Below are positions 42,194-53,866 of a stretch of 64,000 nt of DNA, piece by piece. The number at the start of each line of letters is the position of its first letter. Within the stretch, counting starts at the first letter, position 1. The translations under genes and the position numbers were made by a program. The DNA is taken from positions 4,236 to 68,235 of the forward strand of contig PAAR01000015.1 in the NCBI GenBank assembly GCA_002699085.1, given 5' to 3'. This stretch comes from Micavibrio sp. Lineage in GTDB: Bacteria; Pseudomonadota; Alphaproteobacteria; Micavibrionales; UBA9664. A model generated the notes under the pieces. The model searched no databases and had not been told where the DNA came from. It saw only the letters and a program-made list of their open reading frames with translations.

Positions 42194-42793
42194 TTATTGC
42201 GCCCGAGCAAGTTTTTCGACTTTATCATTAATTTCACGCACCGAAAGCGCATCGTGATTAATAACTTCATCACCTATAACAAGTGCAGGTGGAACACTAA
42301 CACGGGCCGTCCAGGCCAAGAATTTATTCCACTTTAAAATCATATCTGTTTTACGCGAATACATATGGTCTAAAATATATTGACCGTTAACATTAAGGCC
42401 AGACAGGATCACTTCTGGGCGCTGTTCAAGATCAGTCAATTCCATACGCATAAAGCGATTATAAAAAGCTTCATACAGGTTCAAATCTCTAGCGACTATC
42501 GCCATACGAGCCAATACTTCACTTTGCTTATATTGTGGCAACGGGCGAATAACGATGTTTACATTTCGATTTTGCGCCCGCAATTGAAGCAATTGACCAT
42601 ACATGCGACGAGAACCGGCATTTAAGAAATCATAATAATGTACAATCGTCACTGGCGCATCGGATAAACCTAAGCGCTCTTGCTCTGTGCTAATTTTAGC
42701 AATAGAAAGTCCCGCATATTGGACGCCCATTAATGCACCAAAGCCTAGCACAACAATAAAGCCGACAAATAAAAGCAATCCTCTCATAGCCAT
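42194..42793 (-). CDS. DsbA-like thioredoxin-fold membrane protein lacking CXXC
   Basis: Aligns by eye with upstream DsbA (APVTIVHYYDFLNAGS vs ASVTVIEFFDYNCGYC; VPPALVIGD vs GTPSFIVGD); no Cys in the protein. Confidence 0.7.
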   Translation of the reverse strand: MAMRGLLLFVGFIVVLGFGALMGVQYAGLSIAKISTEQERLGLSDAPVTIVHYYDFLNAGSRRMYGQLLQLRAQNRNVNIVIRPLPQYKQSEVLARMAIVARDLNLYEAFYNRFMRMELTDLEQRPEVILSGLNVNGQYILDHMYSRKTDMILKWNKFLAWTARVSVPPALVIGDEVINHDALSVREINDKVEKLARAQ

Positions 42794-42826
42794 TCTCCCA
42801 CTAAATAATCACCCTCAATAAAACGC

Positions 42827-43639
42827 TTACTCCTGTTTTTCTTCTGTGCGGGCTTGTTCAATGACATCTTCCAAGCCCTGTCTTCCAACATACCCTCTAA
42901 TCAGTTGATCGCCAACGATAAAAGAAGGCGTACCGCGAATACCGAATTTTTCCATATAAGCTAAATTGACGTCAATTTGCGCATCAATTTCAGGTTTGTC
43001 CTTATCTGCTTTAAGTTTCTCCACATCTAAACCCGCCTGCTCTGCTAGAGACGCCAAACTACCTTCATCAAACTGACCCTTATGCGCCATTAATAGCTTA
43101 TGAAAGTCAAAATATTTACCTTGTGGCTTTGAGGCCAAAGACCATTTTGCTGCTTCACGTGATGAAGGGCTCAAAATTGGCACCTCTTTAAAAACGACAC
43201 GCACGTCCTTGTCATTATCTACGATACTGGCAACGTCATCGACTGCTTTTTTACAATAGCCACAATTATAATCAAAAAACTCAATAACTGTTACACTGGC
43301 ATCAGGATTACCCGCCTGTGGAGACATAGGATTTTTTAATAAATAATCGTTTTCTTTATTAATAGCTTCTTGTGCAATTCTATCCTGCTCTTGCTGCTCT
43401 TTCATCCGTTGATTATCAATAGACTGCAATACGATATCCCCATGGCTAAGAATATATGCACGGATCACTTCTTCAAGGTTGGTTTGCTGCATGAAGTCCT
43501 GTGTCAAAGCTTGCTCAGCTGGTGTTTCCGCCATTGATGTAACAGGCGCCTTTTCTTGCGCTGTACACAAAGAGACTGTGCCAAGAAGAGCCACAGTTGC
43601 TACACCCGCAATAATCATTTGTTTCGTTGAAAGTTTCAT
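42827..43639 (-). CDS. DsbA family protein (Com1/ScsC-like)
   Basis: EFFDYNCGYCK; GIRGTPSF; N-terminal helical oligomerisation segment; start ATG 43639. Confidence 0.9.
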   Translation of the reverse strand: MKLSTKQMIIAGVATVALLGTVSLCTAQEKAPVTSMAETPAEQALTQDFMQQTNLEEVIRAYILSHGDIVLQSIDNQRMKEQQEQDRIAQEAINKENDYLLKNPMSPQAGNPDASVTVIEFFDYNCGYCKKAVDDVASIVDNDKDVRVVFKEVPILSPSSREAAKWSLASKPQGKYFDFHKLLMAHKGQFDEGSLASLAEQAGLDVEKLKADKDKPEIDAQIDVNLAYMEKFGIRGTPSFIVGDQLIRGYVGRQGLEDVIEQARTEEKQE

Positions 43640-43706
43640 AGTCCTAACCTTTCTTATTTTCAATTAATAACACTACCCTATTCGAAGGATACTTCAATAG
43701 AAGCCT

Positions 43707-45059
43707 TTATCCATCCTTCTTTTCTTGCCGCTGCTTAATAACAAGCAACAAATCTTGCGCTTTCAGATAATCAGGAGAGTCTTGCTTAATATCACGAGAT
43801 GCTGCCTCTACCTGTCTTCGTGCATAATCATAATCTCCTCGTAGCAATCCTTCTTCAGCTAAATATAGCTTAGCCAGTCCGTCTTGGCCAACACGGCCAT
43901 AAGCCGTTGCCAACAGCCTGTAAACACTACTTGTTTTATCATCTAAGTTAAGCGCTTGTTTCAAATATTTTATCGCTTGATAAGCTGAACTATTTGTACG
44001 GTCTTTTTCAAGCCAGACATGCGCCAAACCAGTCTTAATAAGCGCACTCGGCTTCTCTAAATTTTGATCTGCTTGATTGAAATATTTTATGGCTTCGTTA
44101 ATGTCACCTGAATCCCGATATACTTGACCTAATAATTCCGCAAAATAAGGGTTTTTAGGCTCTTGTTTTAACAAACCTTCCAAAGCAAGCTTTGCTTCAT
44201 CAAAATTACTCTGGCGATAAGCCGCAATGGCCCGTGCATAATCTGCAGCAATGCTTTTATCATTCTCTTTATATATATATTTGACACGATCCGGCGTGAT
44301 AAACCCAATCAATTTCGCCTTCATTCGAGCGTGCTGCTCCTGCCATGCCGCTGGCAACTCTTTATCAACATAAGGGGATGCATCAATACGCGCTGATACA
44401 CTTTCAATACGATTTGTTGTTAACGGGTGTGTTCGGACATATTCAACCTGCTGCCCTGCTGGCAATAATTCCTGATCTTCCAGCTTCACCAAAAAACTTC
44501 TAAAACCTTGGGGATTAAGATGTGCATCTTGCATAAAACTGAGCGCCGCCTGATCCGCACTCGATTCCTGAACACGACTATGAGATAAGAAATGATTAGC
44601 CCCCATTGCTTGACCTGCCGTAATTGCTGCCCCAGCGGCTTGACCACTGCCTGATGCAATCGCCGCCCCTAAGCCGATTAATGTTGTCGCCAAAGCTTGG
44701 ATGCCTGCTTGATTAGCGGCCTCACGCCCACGAATTAAATGCCCACCTGTTATGTGACCTAATTCATGTGAAAAAACACCTATCACTTCACCAACATTAT
44801 CTGTTTCCGTTAATAAGCCAGTATGAAAGAAAACATTACTGCCACCAGCAACATAGGCATTCAACGTTGAGTCATTTACTAAAATAATATCCACACTATG
44901 ATCTGTTAACCCTGCCGCCCGCAAAATTGGTGAAAACCACTCATGCATATAGCGTTCTATCTCAACATCACGAATGAGACTAAGACGCTGCTGCGCTTGT
45001 GCAACGCTTGGCAAGAGGCCTATGAATAAAAACAACGCAATAATAGCTTTTTGCATCAT
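43707..45059 (-). CDS. bepA: M48 family metalloprotease with TPR repeats (BepA/YfgC-like)
   Basis: HELGH zinc motif; ESSAD; THPL; C-terminal TPRs. Confidence 0.85.
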   Translation of the reverse strand: MMQKAIIALFLFIGLLPSVAQAQQRLSLIRDVEIERYMHEWFSPILRAAGLTDHSVDIILVNDSTLNAYVAGGSNVFFHTGLLTETDNVGEVIGVFSHELGHITGGHLIRGREAANQAGIQALATTLIGLGAAIASGSGQAAGAAITAGQAMGANHFLSHSRVQESSADQAALSFMQDAHLNPQGFRSFLVKLEDQELLPAGQQVEYVRTHPLTTNRIESVSARIDASPYVDKELPAAWQEQHARMKAKLIGFITPDRVKYIYKENDKSIAADYARAIAAYRQSNFDEAKLALEGLLKQEPKNPYFAELLGQVYRDSGDINEAIKYFNQADQNLEKPSALIKTGLAHVWLEKDRTNSSAYQAIKYLKQALNLDDKTSSVYRLLATAYGRVGQDGLAKLYLAEEGLLRGDYDYARRQVEAASRDIKQDSPDYLKAQDLLLVIKQRQEKKDG

Positions 45060-45100
45060 ATATATATACCATGCATTTTAGGTAAAAATAAGGCACGACA

Positions 45101-45760
45101 ATGGTAGAACGTAATAAATTCACAAAAGTTAAAACAGCGCAGGGGCGTAAAAACTCCTCGACACGCTGGTTACAAAGGCAATTAAACGACCCTTACGTCA
45201 AACAAGCGAAAGCAGATGGGTACCGCTCACGTGCCGCCTATAAGCTCATTGAGATGGAGAAAAAGCTTAAACTCATCAAAAAGGGCATGCTCGTTGTTGA
45301 TTTAGGCGCAGCCCCCGGTGGCTGGACACAAGTCGCTGTTGAAAGTGGTGCTCGGGTTGTCGGCATTGATTTGCTCGAAATTCCTGAAATTCCAGGGGCT
45401 GACCTTATTCAAATGGATTTTATGGCTGATGAAGCCCCAGAAAAGCTGATTGAAATGATGGGCGGCGAAAAAGCTGATGTTGTGTTATCTGACTTATCGC
45501 CCTATACAACAGGCCATCAGAAAACAGACCATATTCGTATTATGGGTCTCGTTGAGTTAGCTTATGATTTTGCAGCGCAAGTGCTCAAACCAAATGGTCA
45601 TTTCTTAGCCAAAGTATTTCAAGGCGGCACACAGGGTGAGGTTTTAGATATGCTGAAAAAAGATTTTAAAACCGTCAAACATATGAAGCCACCAGCCAGC
45701 CGAAAAGAAAGCCCTGAGCAATACGTTGTCGCACAAGGTTTTCGCGGCGCACAAAATTAA
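45101..45760 (+). CDS. rlmE: 23S rRNA Um2552 methyltransferase
   Basis: YRSRAAYKL; DLGAAPGGW; KPPASRKES. Confidence 0.96.
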   Translation: MVERNKFTKVKTAQGRKNSSTRWLQRQLNDPYVKQAKADGYRSRAAYKLIEMEKKLKLIKKGMLVVDLGAAPGGWTQVAVESGARVVGIDLLEIPEIPGADLIQMDFMADEAPEKLIEMMGGEKADVVLSDLSPYTTGHQKTDHIRIMGLVELAYDFAAQVLKPNGHFLAKVFQGGTQGEVLDMLKKDFKTVKHMKPPASRKESPEQYVVAQGFRGAQN

Positions 45761-45827
45761 GCGTTGACTCCCTCGATTTAGGCTTTAAAGATGGATGTAA
45801 TTCCACCTGAACAGGGAGTTTACAGAT

Positions 45828-46997
45828 ATGGCAAGACCCGAAGGGCACTTACGTGTCATGATGAGCGCACGCGTGCTTCTAAACCTAGAAGAAGCGGACG
45901 TTATTTTTAAAACAGCATATGAAAAAACCTATGCTGAAACCCGTGATAAAACACAAGCACATACGGATGCTGTCACAGCGTATATAGCCTATGTTTGCCC
46001 TAAAGAAGGCAGCAAAGACTATGACCCTGAAACAGGTGGCCGACGCTTTGAGAAAGGCCCGCTTTTTGATCTCGCTGAAGCCCTTATCGCTTTAAATGCT
46101 GTTTCAAAAGAATCACTTATTGAGTTAATCATCAGTGCTAAAGATGAAAACCAATCTGGCGATGTTATTTTTAGAAATATTGATCTATTAGGGAGCGCCG
46201 CTTTCCGAAATGCTGGTGTACAAAGGCTGACGACCGCAGGACGCGATTTAAGCGAAGCAATTCATACCGTTTATGACACTGATTTATTGTTTAGCCGTAA
46301 TGATAAAGATGTTCAGACAGCTACTGATTTAGGTATCGCCGCCACAACGATTTACTATACACCGACAGGTTTCGAGTACAAAGAGCCCAATGAAAACAAG
46401 CAAGTTAAATTGTTCTTTGACGGAGATGCCGTCGCCTTCGGTTCAAGTTCTGAAGTAAAGTATCGTAAAAATGGTCTTGATGCCTATACACAATCTGAAT
46501 TTGAAGATTTTATGAAAGATATTGAGCCAGGCCCTTTCTCCGCTGTCTTAGCAAAAATATCAGCCCTCAATGAACGCTTCCCTAAAGATAAGCAGCCATT
46601 CGAGCTATCACTTATCACTGCACGAGGCGGTCCTTCGCATTCTCGTGCCTTGGCCGTGTTGAAAAAGCTCGGCATTAAAGTGAATGGGATAACCTTAGGG
46701 CGAGCAGGCGCAGATAAGGGTAAGGTTTTAGAAGCCTTCAAACCAGCTCTATATTTAGACGATCAATTCACGCATCTAAGCCACGGTGCTCAATTTTGTC
46801 CAGTAGGTCTCGTACACTACCCAACTGGCAGCCCTATGCATGAATTTCTACAAGGTGCTAACATCCCGCCAGAAATAGCTAAAATGCGTCAAGCTGAGAA
46901 ACCAGAAGCTCAAGAAGAATTTAGTAAGGTTGCCGCTAAACCCGCCTCAAAACGTACAAGAAAACCTAAATCAGCAATGGAAACAGGACCAGCCTAG
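45828..46997 (+). CDS. 5'-nucleotidase family (cN-I-like, HAD) protein with basic C-terminal extension
   Basis: FFDGDAV; PGPF; LITAR; LYLDDQ match the bacterial 5'-nucleotidase family; low-complexity tail EFSKVAAKPASKRTRKPK. Confidence 0.75.
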   Translation: MARPEGHLRVMMSARVLLNLEEADVIFKTAYEKTYAETRDKTQAHTDAVTAYIAYVCPKEGSKDYDPETGGRRFEKGPLFDLAEALIALNAVSKESLIELIISAKDENQSGDVIFRNIDLLGSAAFRNAGVQRLTTAGRDLSEAIHTVYDTDLLFSRNDKDVQTATDLGIAATTIYYTPTGFEYKEPNENKQVKLFFDGDAVAFGSSSEVKYRKNGLDAYTQSEFEDFMKDIEPGPFSAVLAKISALNERFPKDKQPFELSLITARGGPSHSRALAVLKKLGIKVNGITLGRAGADKGKVLEAFKPALYLDDQFTHLSHGAQFCPVGLVHYPTGSPMHEFLQGANIPPEIAKMRQAEKPEAQEEFSKVAAKPASKRTRKPKSAMETGPA

Positions 46998-47800
46998 CCT
47001 AGTCTGGGCTTTAGGTTAGGGTCTTCTATTTTAACATTGGCTACATGTACAAGAACTAAATGCGTTTCCCATTTAGAGGTCATTGCATTAATTCTTTTTA
47101 AACGCCGCTGAACAACTAATTCAGAGTGAATTTTTTTACCGTTAGGAAAACGTTTAATATTGGAATTAATATCTTGGTCAATGCCCCACAACAATTCTCT
47201 TAAGAAATTTTGGTTAAGTGCCCTTAAATAAGGCGTGTTACGCCAAATCCCTTCTTGATCTTCGAATGCCTCATTAGGCTCTAACCCTACAAGCATTTTA
47301 AAATCTTCTTCAGTGATATCTGTTCTTTTAAATGTATGATATTTCAAATGGTCATTCTGAAAAGTTGCGGATAATGCGCTCCCTCTTTTTTCTTTAGTTG
47401 TTAGTGTAGCGCTTTCATAATTATAAGAAGCCTGTGAAGCACGTGACTGTAGTTCTTTTATTATCTTTCGAGCAATCTTCTTTTGATTATTTTTATGCAT
47501 AGTAGCGACTTCTGCGTCTTTACGTTGCTGAACATTAATAGCGGCTTGAGCCTCACGCTTTTGTTTTTCTTCAGCACGTCTTTTTTCATTTGTAATACGC
47601 TTTTTAGCTCTATTTTCTTTAGCGATGGCTTTGTGCCGATCTCTATAATCTTGCTCAAAGCTCCATGAAGCCACGTGCTGAAATCGGCTATTTATAGCAC
47701 TGCCAAAAGCGGACATATGCTTGTTAAACTCAGCACTAATCCGACGCGGCAAAGACCACACCGAAGCACCAAATCGAAAGACTTTACTTAAATTATTCAT
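46994..47800 (-). CDS. Hypothetical protein with coiled coil
   Basis: Long ORF; start at ATG 47800 supported by promoter-like TTTGAC-N17-CTATAT and AGGGA; stop overlaps nucleotidase stop (CTAG). Confidence 0.65.
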   Translation of the reverse strand: MNNLSKVFRFGASVWSLPRRISAEFNKHMSAFGSAINSRFQHVASWSFEQDYRDRHKAIAKENRAKKRITNEKRRAEEKQKREAQAAINVQQRKDAEVATMHKNNQKKIARKIIKELQSRASQASYNYESATLTTKEKRGSALSATFQNDHLKYHTFKRTDITEEDFKMLVGLEPNEAFEDQEGIWRNTPYLRALNQNFLRELLWGIDQDINSNIKRFPNGKKIHSELVVQRRLKRINAMTSKWETHLVLVHVANVKIEDPNLKPRLG

Positions 47801-47873
47801 TTTTATTTTCCCTGTTTCTTTCCATATATAGGAAAGAAAACACAATGAGTCAAATAATGGTTCCTTAACCTGA

Positions 47874-49409
<1,536 letters not shown>

Positions 49410-49576
49410 ATATTATTTTTTATTTGCCGCATGGCCAAAGCATCCATTTTCTAGCGTCGCCATGCAGGACTGAGTCAATAGCATAAATATCAAATTGAGG
49501 CCTTAAAGCCTCAGCCTTACTATGCTAGACCCTATAATATACGTTGGCGAAAGAAATAAATAGACACGAGAAAGCT

Positions 49577-50584
49577 TTAAGAAGCGGTTTTCAAAACACA
49601 CAACTTAATGGGATTGTTTTTTTCTTCATAAATTGAGACAACATCAAAACCAGCCTCATTTGCTATTTTTATATTATCTTCCAATGACAATTTAATTGAG
49701 TTATTGAAACAAAAACGGTCCCCAACTCGAATAGTAAAACTTTCATTATTTATAAAAAACTTTTGGGCTTCTTTTGCGATAAAAATATGTTCAAGCGTCG
49801 ATGTCTCTTGGTTCCAATGAACATCAAATAAAAACTTTTCAGGATCAATATTAGTCAAGCAATCTCGCTGTAACCGCTTTAGCATATTTATAGCCAAAGC
49901 CGTCTGTCCTGCATATGCCCTCTCAATTGATCCTTTATCTTGGTTTGAATCAAAGGTTGTAACCAAGTACCCTTGGTTAATTTGTCTTCTAAGACTTACA
50001 AGCTTTTCTTTTATCACATTAAGTAATTTACCCCGATTTTCGGCACTTTCCTGATTGAACAATGTTAATCCAAACATAACCATTAAAGGTATATCACTAG
50101 ATCTGTAAGTGATTGCACCCTTATAAAAATCAGCCTTATATTTCCTTAACCTTATATGAGGCAAAGATTTTTGTATGCTACTCTCGGCGTTATCCAAATG
50201 TTCCTGTGATATATCAACGGCTATATATCCCTTAGTTTCACCTAATAATTTTAAAAAAGGCACAGTTTTATTTTGTATAGCAAAATCTGTTCCTGGCCCT
50301 AATTCTATAACAGTAGCCACCCCACTCAGTTTCTGACTTATTTCTGGAGCATATTGCTGAATAATTTTTATCTCGTCGTTTAACACATAGTATTCTTGGC
50401 TTTGATTGAGAAAATCCAACCATATTTTTACCCCATCTAAAGGATCGCCTTCAAACATAGGATCAAGATACTCAAAAGCTCCCATATGACCCCTACTTTT
50501 TTTCGAAAATAATAAAATTGCCGCAGCGGAAAGAGCTTCTGAAAATGAATTGTCTTGAGATATATTAAAGTGCGATAGGCTCAA
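49577..50584 (-). CDS. EgtD/EasF-family (Methyltransf_33) SAM-dependent methyltransferase, divergent
   Basis: EYY; ELGPG motif I; AVDIS; FGLTLFN; ERAY; NSIK; likely TTG start at 50584 with GGAG 7 nt upstream. Confidence 0.75.
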   Translation of the reverse strand: MSLSHFNISQDNSFSEALSAAAILLFSKKSRGHMGAFEYLDPMFEGDPLDGVKIWLDFLNQSQEYYVLNDEIKIIQQYAPEISQKLSGVATVIELGPGTDFAIQNKTVPFLKLLGETKGYIAVDISQEHLDNAESSIQKSLPHIRLRKYKADFYKGAITYRSSDIPLMVMFGLTLFNQESAENRGKLLNVIKEKLVSLRRQINQGYLVTTFDSNQDKGSIERAYAGQTALAINMLKRLQRDCLTNIDPEKFLFDVHWNQETSTLEHIFIAKEAQKFFINNESFTIRVGDRFCFNNSIKLSLEDNIKIANEAGFDVVSIYEEKNNPIKLCVLKTAS

Positions 50585-51209
50585 TAGCTCGCTCCCATTC
50601 AAAATTAAATTTCTGCCTGTGATAATCTGCTAAAATTTGATCTTTAGTAACATATACAACAACATTTTCTGCTTGGAATATAATGGTTGCCACTTTCTTT
50701 CCGTATATATAGTAAGTAATAGCATCAAAACGGTCCGCACTAGACCATTTATAAATGGCATATTTGCTCGCCACAAAATTTGAATCGCCTTCTTTAACCA
50801 ATATTTTAAACTGATAATTAGTTAGAGATGACATTCGCTGCATATGTGCATCTGCTTCATCACCTTGCCATTTTAAAAATAAAGATTCATCGACATTATT
50901 AACGCATATCTCACCGCCTACTACTGATATCGTAGCGTATACATCTCTAATAAAATCAACAAAACCTTTCTGACCAGAATAAACTTGTGTGTGGCCTGAT
51001 ATAGGTTGGATCCCGCCCTCTTCGGTAAATTCGTAATTCTTAGCTTCCATGTAGGCAATTATTTTTTCAGCTGTTTTAAGCGTAACTCCAGCCTCTTCTA
51101 ACTCAATCATTTTGAGCAGTGGAACAGAAATACCACAATTGTTCGAAAACTCACTCTGGTTTTCGCGCGTAATAGCTCTGGCTGCTCTTATTTGCGCCGC
51201 ATTGATCAT
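50565..51209 (-). CDS. XRE-family HTH regulator with C-terminal putative sensor domain
   Basis: AAQIRAARAI...HTH; C-terminal YYIYGKKVA...ADYHRQKFNFEWERA resembles TrmB/PLD-fold effector domains. Confidence 0.75.
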   Translation of the reverse strand: MINAAQIRAARAITRENQSEFSNNCGISVPLLKMIELEEAGVTLKTAEKIIAYMEAKNYEFTEEGGIQPISGHTQVYSGQKGFVDFIRDVYATISVVGGEICVNNVDESLFLKWQGDEADAHMQRMSSLTNYQFKILVKEGDSNFVASKYAIYKWSSADRFDAITYYIYGKKVATIIFQAENVVVYVTKDQILADYHRQKFNFEWERAIEPIAL

Positions 51210-51407
51210 TTATTTTATTTCCCCCCTTTAACTATCAGCGATAATAGCATATAAAGAACGCTTTTTAAAATTAAAAATATATTAAAAACAATTTTTGAGA
51301 TTAAAAAAGTATAAAAAAACAAACAAAATGTATAATTTTAACGATTTATTAACTTATTTAACATAATTTAAGACAATCGAAATTGAAATTTTGCTGGAGG
51401 CAGAAAA

Positions 51408-51785
51408 ATGAAACAGTTAAAAGAAATCAGAAAAATGAATAATATCATTGCTTTGGGCGACCCACGCACCATTACCGAAGCTTCAAGCCAGCTAAATGAC
51501 AAAGAAAGTGACCTACAATATTTCGATGTTAAATTCTGGGTTGATGAATGCCACACACAACGAGAACAGGTTGAAGACATCATTTCACAAATTCGCCAGA
51601 CAAAAGAAAGCCAGCCTATCCGTAAGCGTATTTCAGTCCTAGCCCTCCGCCAAGAACTTGCGCTCAGCTGGAAACGCTATAAACAATGCCACAAGCGTAC
51701 GACAAAACTATACAATCAATATATGACTCAAATTGACAAACCACACCGATACAATCAGGACATATCCGTCAGCATTGCGGCTTAA
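51408..51785 (+). CDS. Hypothetical helical protein
   Basis: GGAGG SD, ATG, 125 aa, followed by terminator. Confidence 0.7.
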   Translation: MKQLKEIRKMNNIIALGDPRTITEASSQLNDKESDLQYFDVKFWVDECHTQREQVEDIISQIRQTKESQPIRKRISVLALRQELALSWKRYKQCHKRTTKLYNQYMTQIDKPHRYNQDISVSIAA

Positions 51786-51801
51786 ATATCCCAGAATAAA
51801 A

Positions 51802-51825
51802 AAAGAGGCCGAAATCGGCCTCTTT
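51802..51825. terminator. Bidirectional intrinsic terminator
   Basis: AAAGAGGCCGA-aa-TCGGCCTCTTT perfect hairpin between convergent genes. Confidence 0.85.
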
Positions 51826-51847
51826 AAAATTCTTTAAATTGCGCTTA

Positions 51848-53161
51848 TTAATATCTATACGCATCCGATTTAAACGGACCGTCGACCTCAACACCGATGT
51901 AATCAGCCTGATCTTTGGTCAGCTTCGTCAACACAGCGCCTAATTTTTCAAGGTGAAGCGCCGCTACTTTCTCATCTAAATGCTTCGGTAGAACATATAC
52001 TTTACCAGATTCATACTGGTCAGTATTCTGCCATAGCTCAATTTGCGCCAATGTCTGATTTGTGAAAGACGCTGACATCACGAATGAAGGGTGACCTGTA
52101 CCACAACCAAGATTTACCAAGCGACCTTCCGCCAACATAATAATACGCTTGCCATCTGGAAATTCAATTTCATCGACTTGTGGTTTTACATTATGCCATT
52201 TCATATTACGCAACGGCTCAATCTGAATCTCATTGTCAAAGTGACCAATATTACAAACAATCGCACGGTCTTTCATCGCACGCATATGATCTACTGTAAT
52301 AATGTCTTTGTTACCTGTTGTCGTCACAAAGATATCAGCTACAGGTGCTTTATTTTCCATTGTATTGACTTCAAAACCGTCCATTGCGGCTTGTAACGCA
52401 CAGATTGGATCAACCTCTGTTACCGTCACACGGACACCTTGTGAGGCCAAAGATTCCGCAGAGCCTTTACCTACATCACCATAACCACATACAACGGCTG
52501 TTTTACCCGCCAACATCACATCTGTTGCACGGCGAATACCGTCCACCAATGACTCACGGCAACCATATTTATTGTCGAATTTGGATTTAGTCACTGAGTC
52601 ATTGACGTTGATCGCTGGTGTTTTCAATGTGCCTTTTTTAGCCATTTCATTGAGACGAAGAACCCCCGTCGTTGTTTCTTCAGAAATACCTTTCACAGCT
52701 TCTAATAGTTCTGGGTATTCATTGTGCATCAACAATGTTAAGTCACCACCATCATCCAAGATCATATTCGGTGTCCAGCCATCTGGGCCCTTAATCGTTG
52801 CATGAATACAATCCCAAAATTCTTTCTCATTCATACCTTTCCAAGCAAAAACTGGAATACCTGCTGCGGCGATCGCTGCTGCGGCTTGATCTTGAGTTGA
52901 GAAAATATTACATGAAGACCAACGAACCGTAGCCCCTAAAGCTGTTAATGTTTCAATCAATACAGCCGTTTGAATTGTCATGTGAAGACAACCTGCAATA
53001 CGTGCGCCTTTCAGAGGTTGAGATGGGCCAAATTCTTCACGAATGGCCATAAGTCCTGGCATTTCTGTTTCAGCAATAGTGATTTCTTTACGGCCCCAAT
53101 CAGCCAATTTGATATCTGCTACTTTATAGTCATTTTCAACTGTCTTAGGTTGAGCTGTCAT
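51848..53161 (-). CDS. ahcY: Adenosylhomocysteinase
   Basis: GCLHMTIQT; SCNIFSTQD; EETTTG; KSKFDN; GHPSFVMS. Confidence 0.97.
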   Translation of the reverse strand: MTAQPKTVENDYKVADIKLADWGRKEITIAETEMPGLMAIREEFGPSQPLKGARIAGCLHMTIQTAVLIETLTALGATVRWSSCNIFSTQDQAAAAIAAAGIPVFAWKGMNEKEFWDCIHATIKGPDGWTPNMILDDGGDLTLLMHNEYPELLEAVKGISEETTTGVLRLNEMAKKGTLKTPAINVNDSVTKSKFDNKYGCRESLVDGIRRATDVMLAGKTAVVCGYGDVGKGSAESLASQGVRVTVTEVDPICALQAAMDGFEVNTMENKAPVADIFVTTTGNKDIITVDHMRAMKDRAIVCNIGHFDNEIQIEPLRNMKWHNVKPQVDEIEFPDGKRIIMLAEGRLVNLGCGTGHPSFVMSASFTNQTLAQIELWQNTDQYESGKVYVLPKHLDEKVAALHLEKLGAVLTKLTKDQADYIGVEVDGPFKSDAYRY

Positions 53162-53280
53162 GATCCGTTTTTCTCCGCAATTTTAAGTTATATTAGGCAT
53201 TTCTTTACCAATCGGGCGTATAGTGGCTTCTTGTAGGGGATAAAGCAAGATTTTTTTGCGGGTAATATGTTGGGGGAAAC

Positions 53281-53751
53281 ATGAGGCAAAACACAGGATT
53301 TAACGCTGGAGCAGAGAAGCTAGACTTCTCCTATTCTGCTGTAGACTTAAAGACACAAAAAACCTACACCATATGCAAAAAAGGCGAGCCAGTCGTTGAT
53401 TACATTGCATTTTCCCTCGAAGGCTTAGAAACACGCCTTGACGCATTATGTCACATTATGAGTGGCAAAGATTTTTCAAAAAAACACAGCCTGACAGGGA
53501 CAACGCTATTCTGTCTTGGCAATAATTTGGGCATAACTTTTTCTTGTTTGGGCGAAGAAGGCACTAGTAAACCAGTCGGTAAACTTTGCTTTATTGAACA
53601 AAAAGATTTCGACTCGTTCAAAAAAAATTATTTAGGCATCTATTGCCAAACACTTTCTCAACCAGACCCAGCGACATATCGGAGTAAAAAGCTTTATCCC
53701 GTTCGCACTAAGTCGGTAAAAGCAAATGCTCACCCAGAAGTGCGTGTATAA
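53281..53751 (+). CDS. Hypothetical protein
   Basis: 156-aa ORF with GGGG SD; no recognised domain. Confidence 0.6.
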   Translation: MRQNTGFNAGAEKLDFSYSAVDLKTQKTYTICKKGEPVVDYIAFSLEGLETRLDALCHIMSGKDFSKKHSLTGTTLFCLGNNLGITFSCLGEEGTSKPVGKLCFIEQKDFDSFKKNYLGIYCQTLSQPDPATYRSKKLYPVRTKSVKANAHPEVRV

Positions 53752-53866
53752 GCCCCTGACATTCCATAATTTTTATTGACTCATCTCTTGTTCATTTATT
53801 ACGGTAAAAGAAACAGGGACGATCACAAATAATAAAAAACAATAAAAAATCTGGGAGATTTAGAAT

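Noticed and set aside
51848-53161. AhcY is the short form without the roughly 40-aa insert
   Set aside because: Both forms are widespread in bacteria; not informative on its own
53162-53280. SAH or SAM riboswitch upstream of ahcY
   Set aside because: Short leader with no recognisable conserved riboswitch core by eye; a covariance-model scan would be needed to exclude it fully
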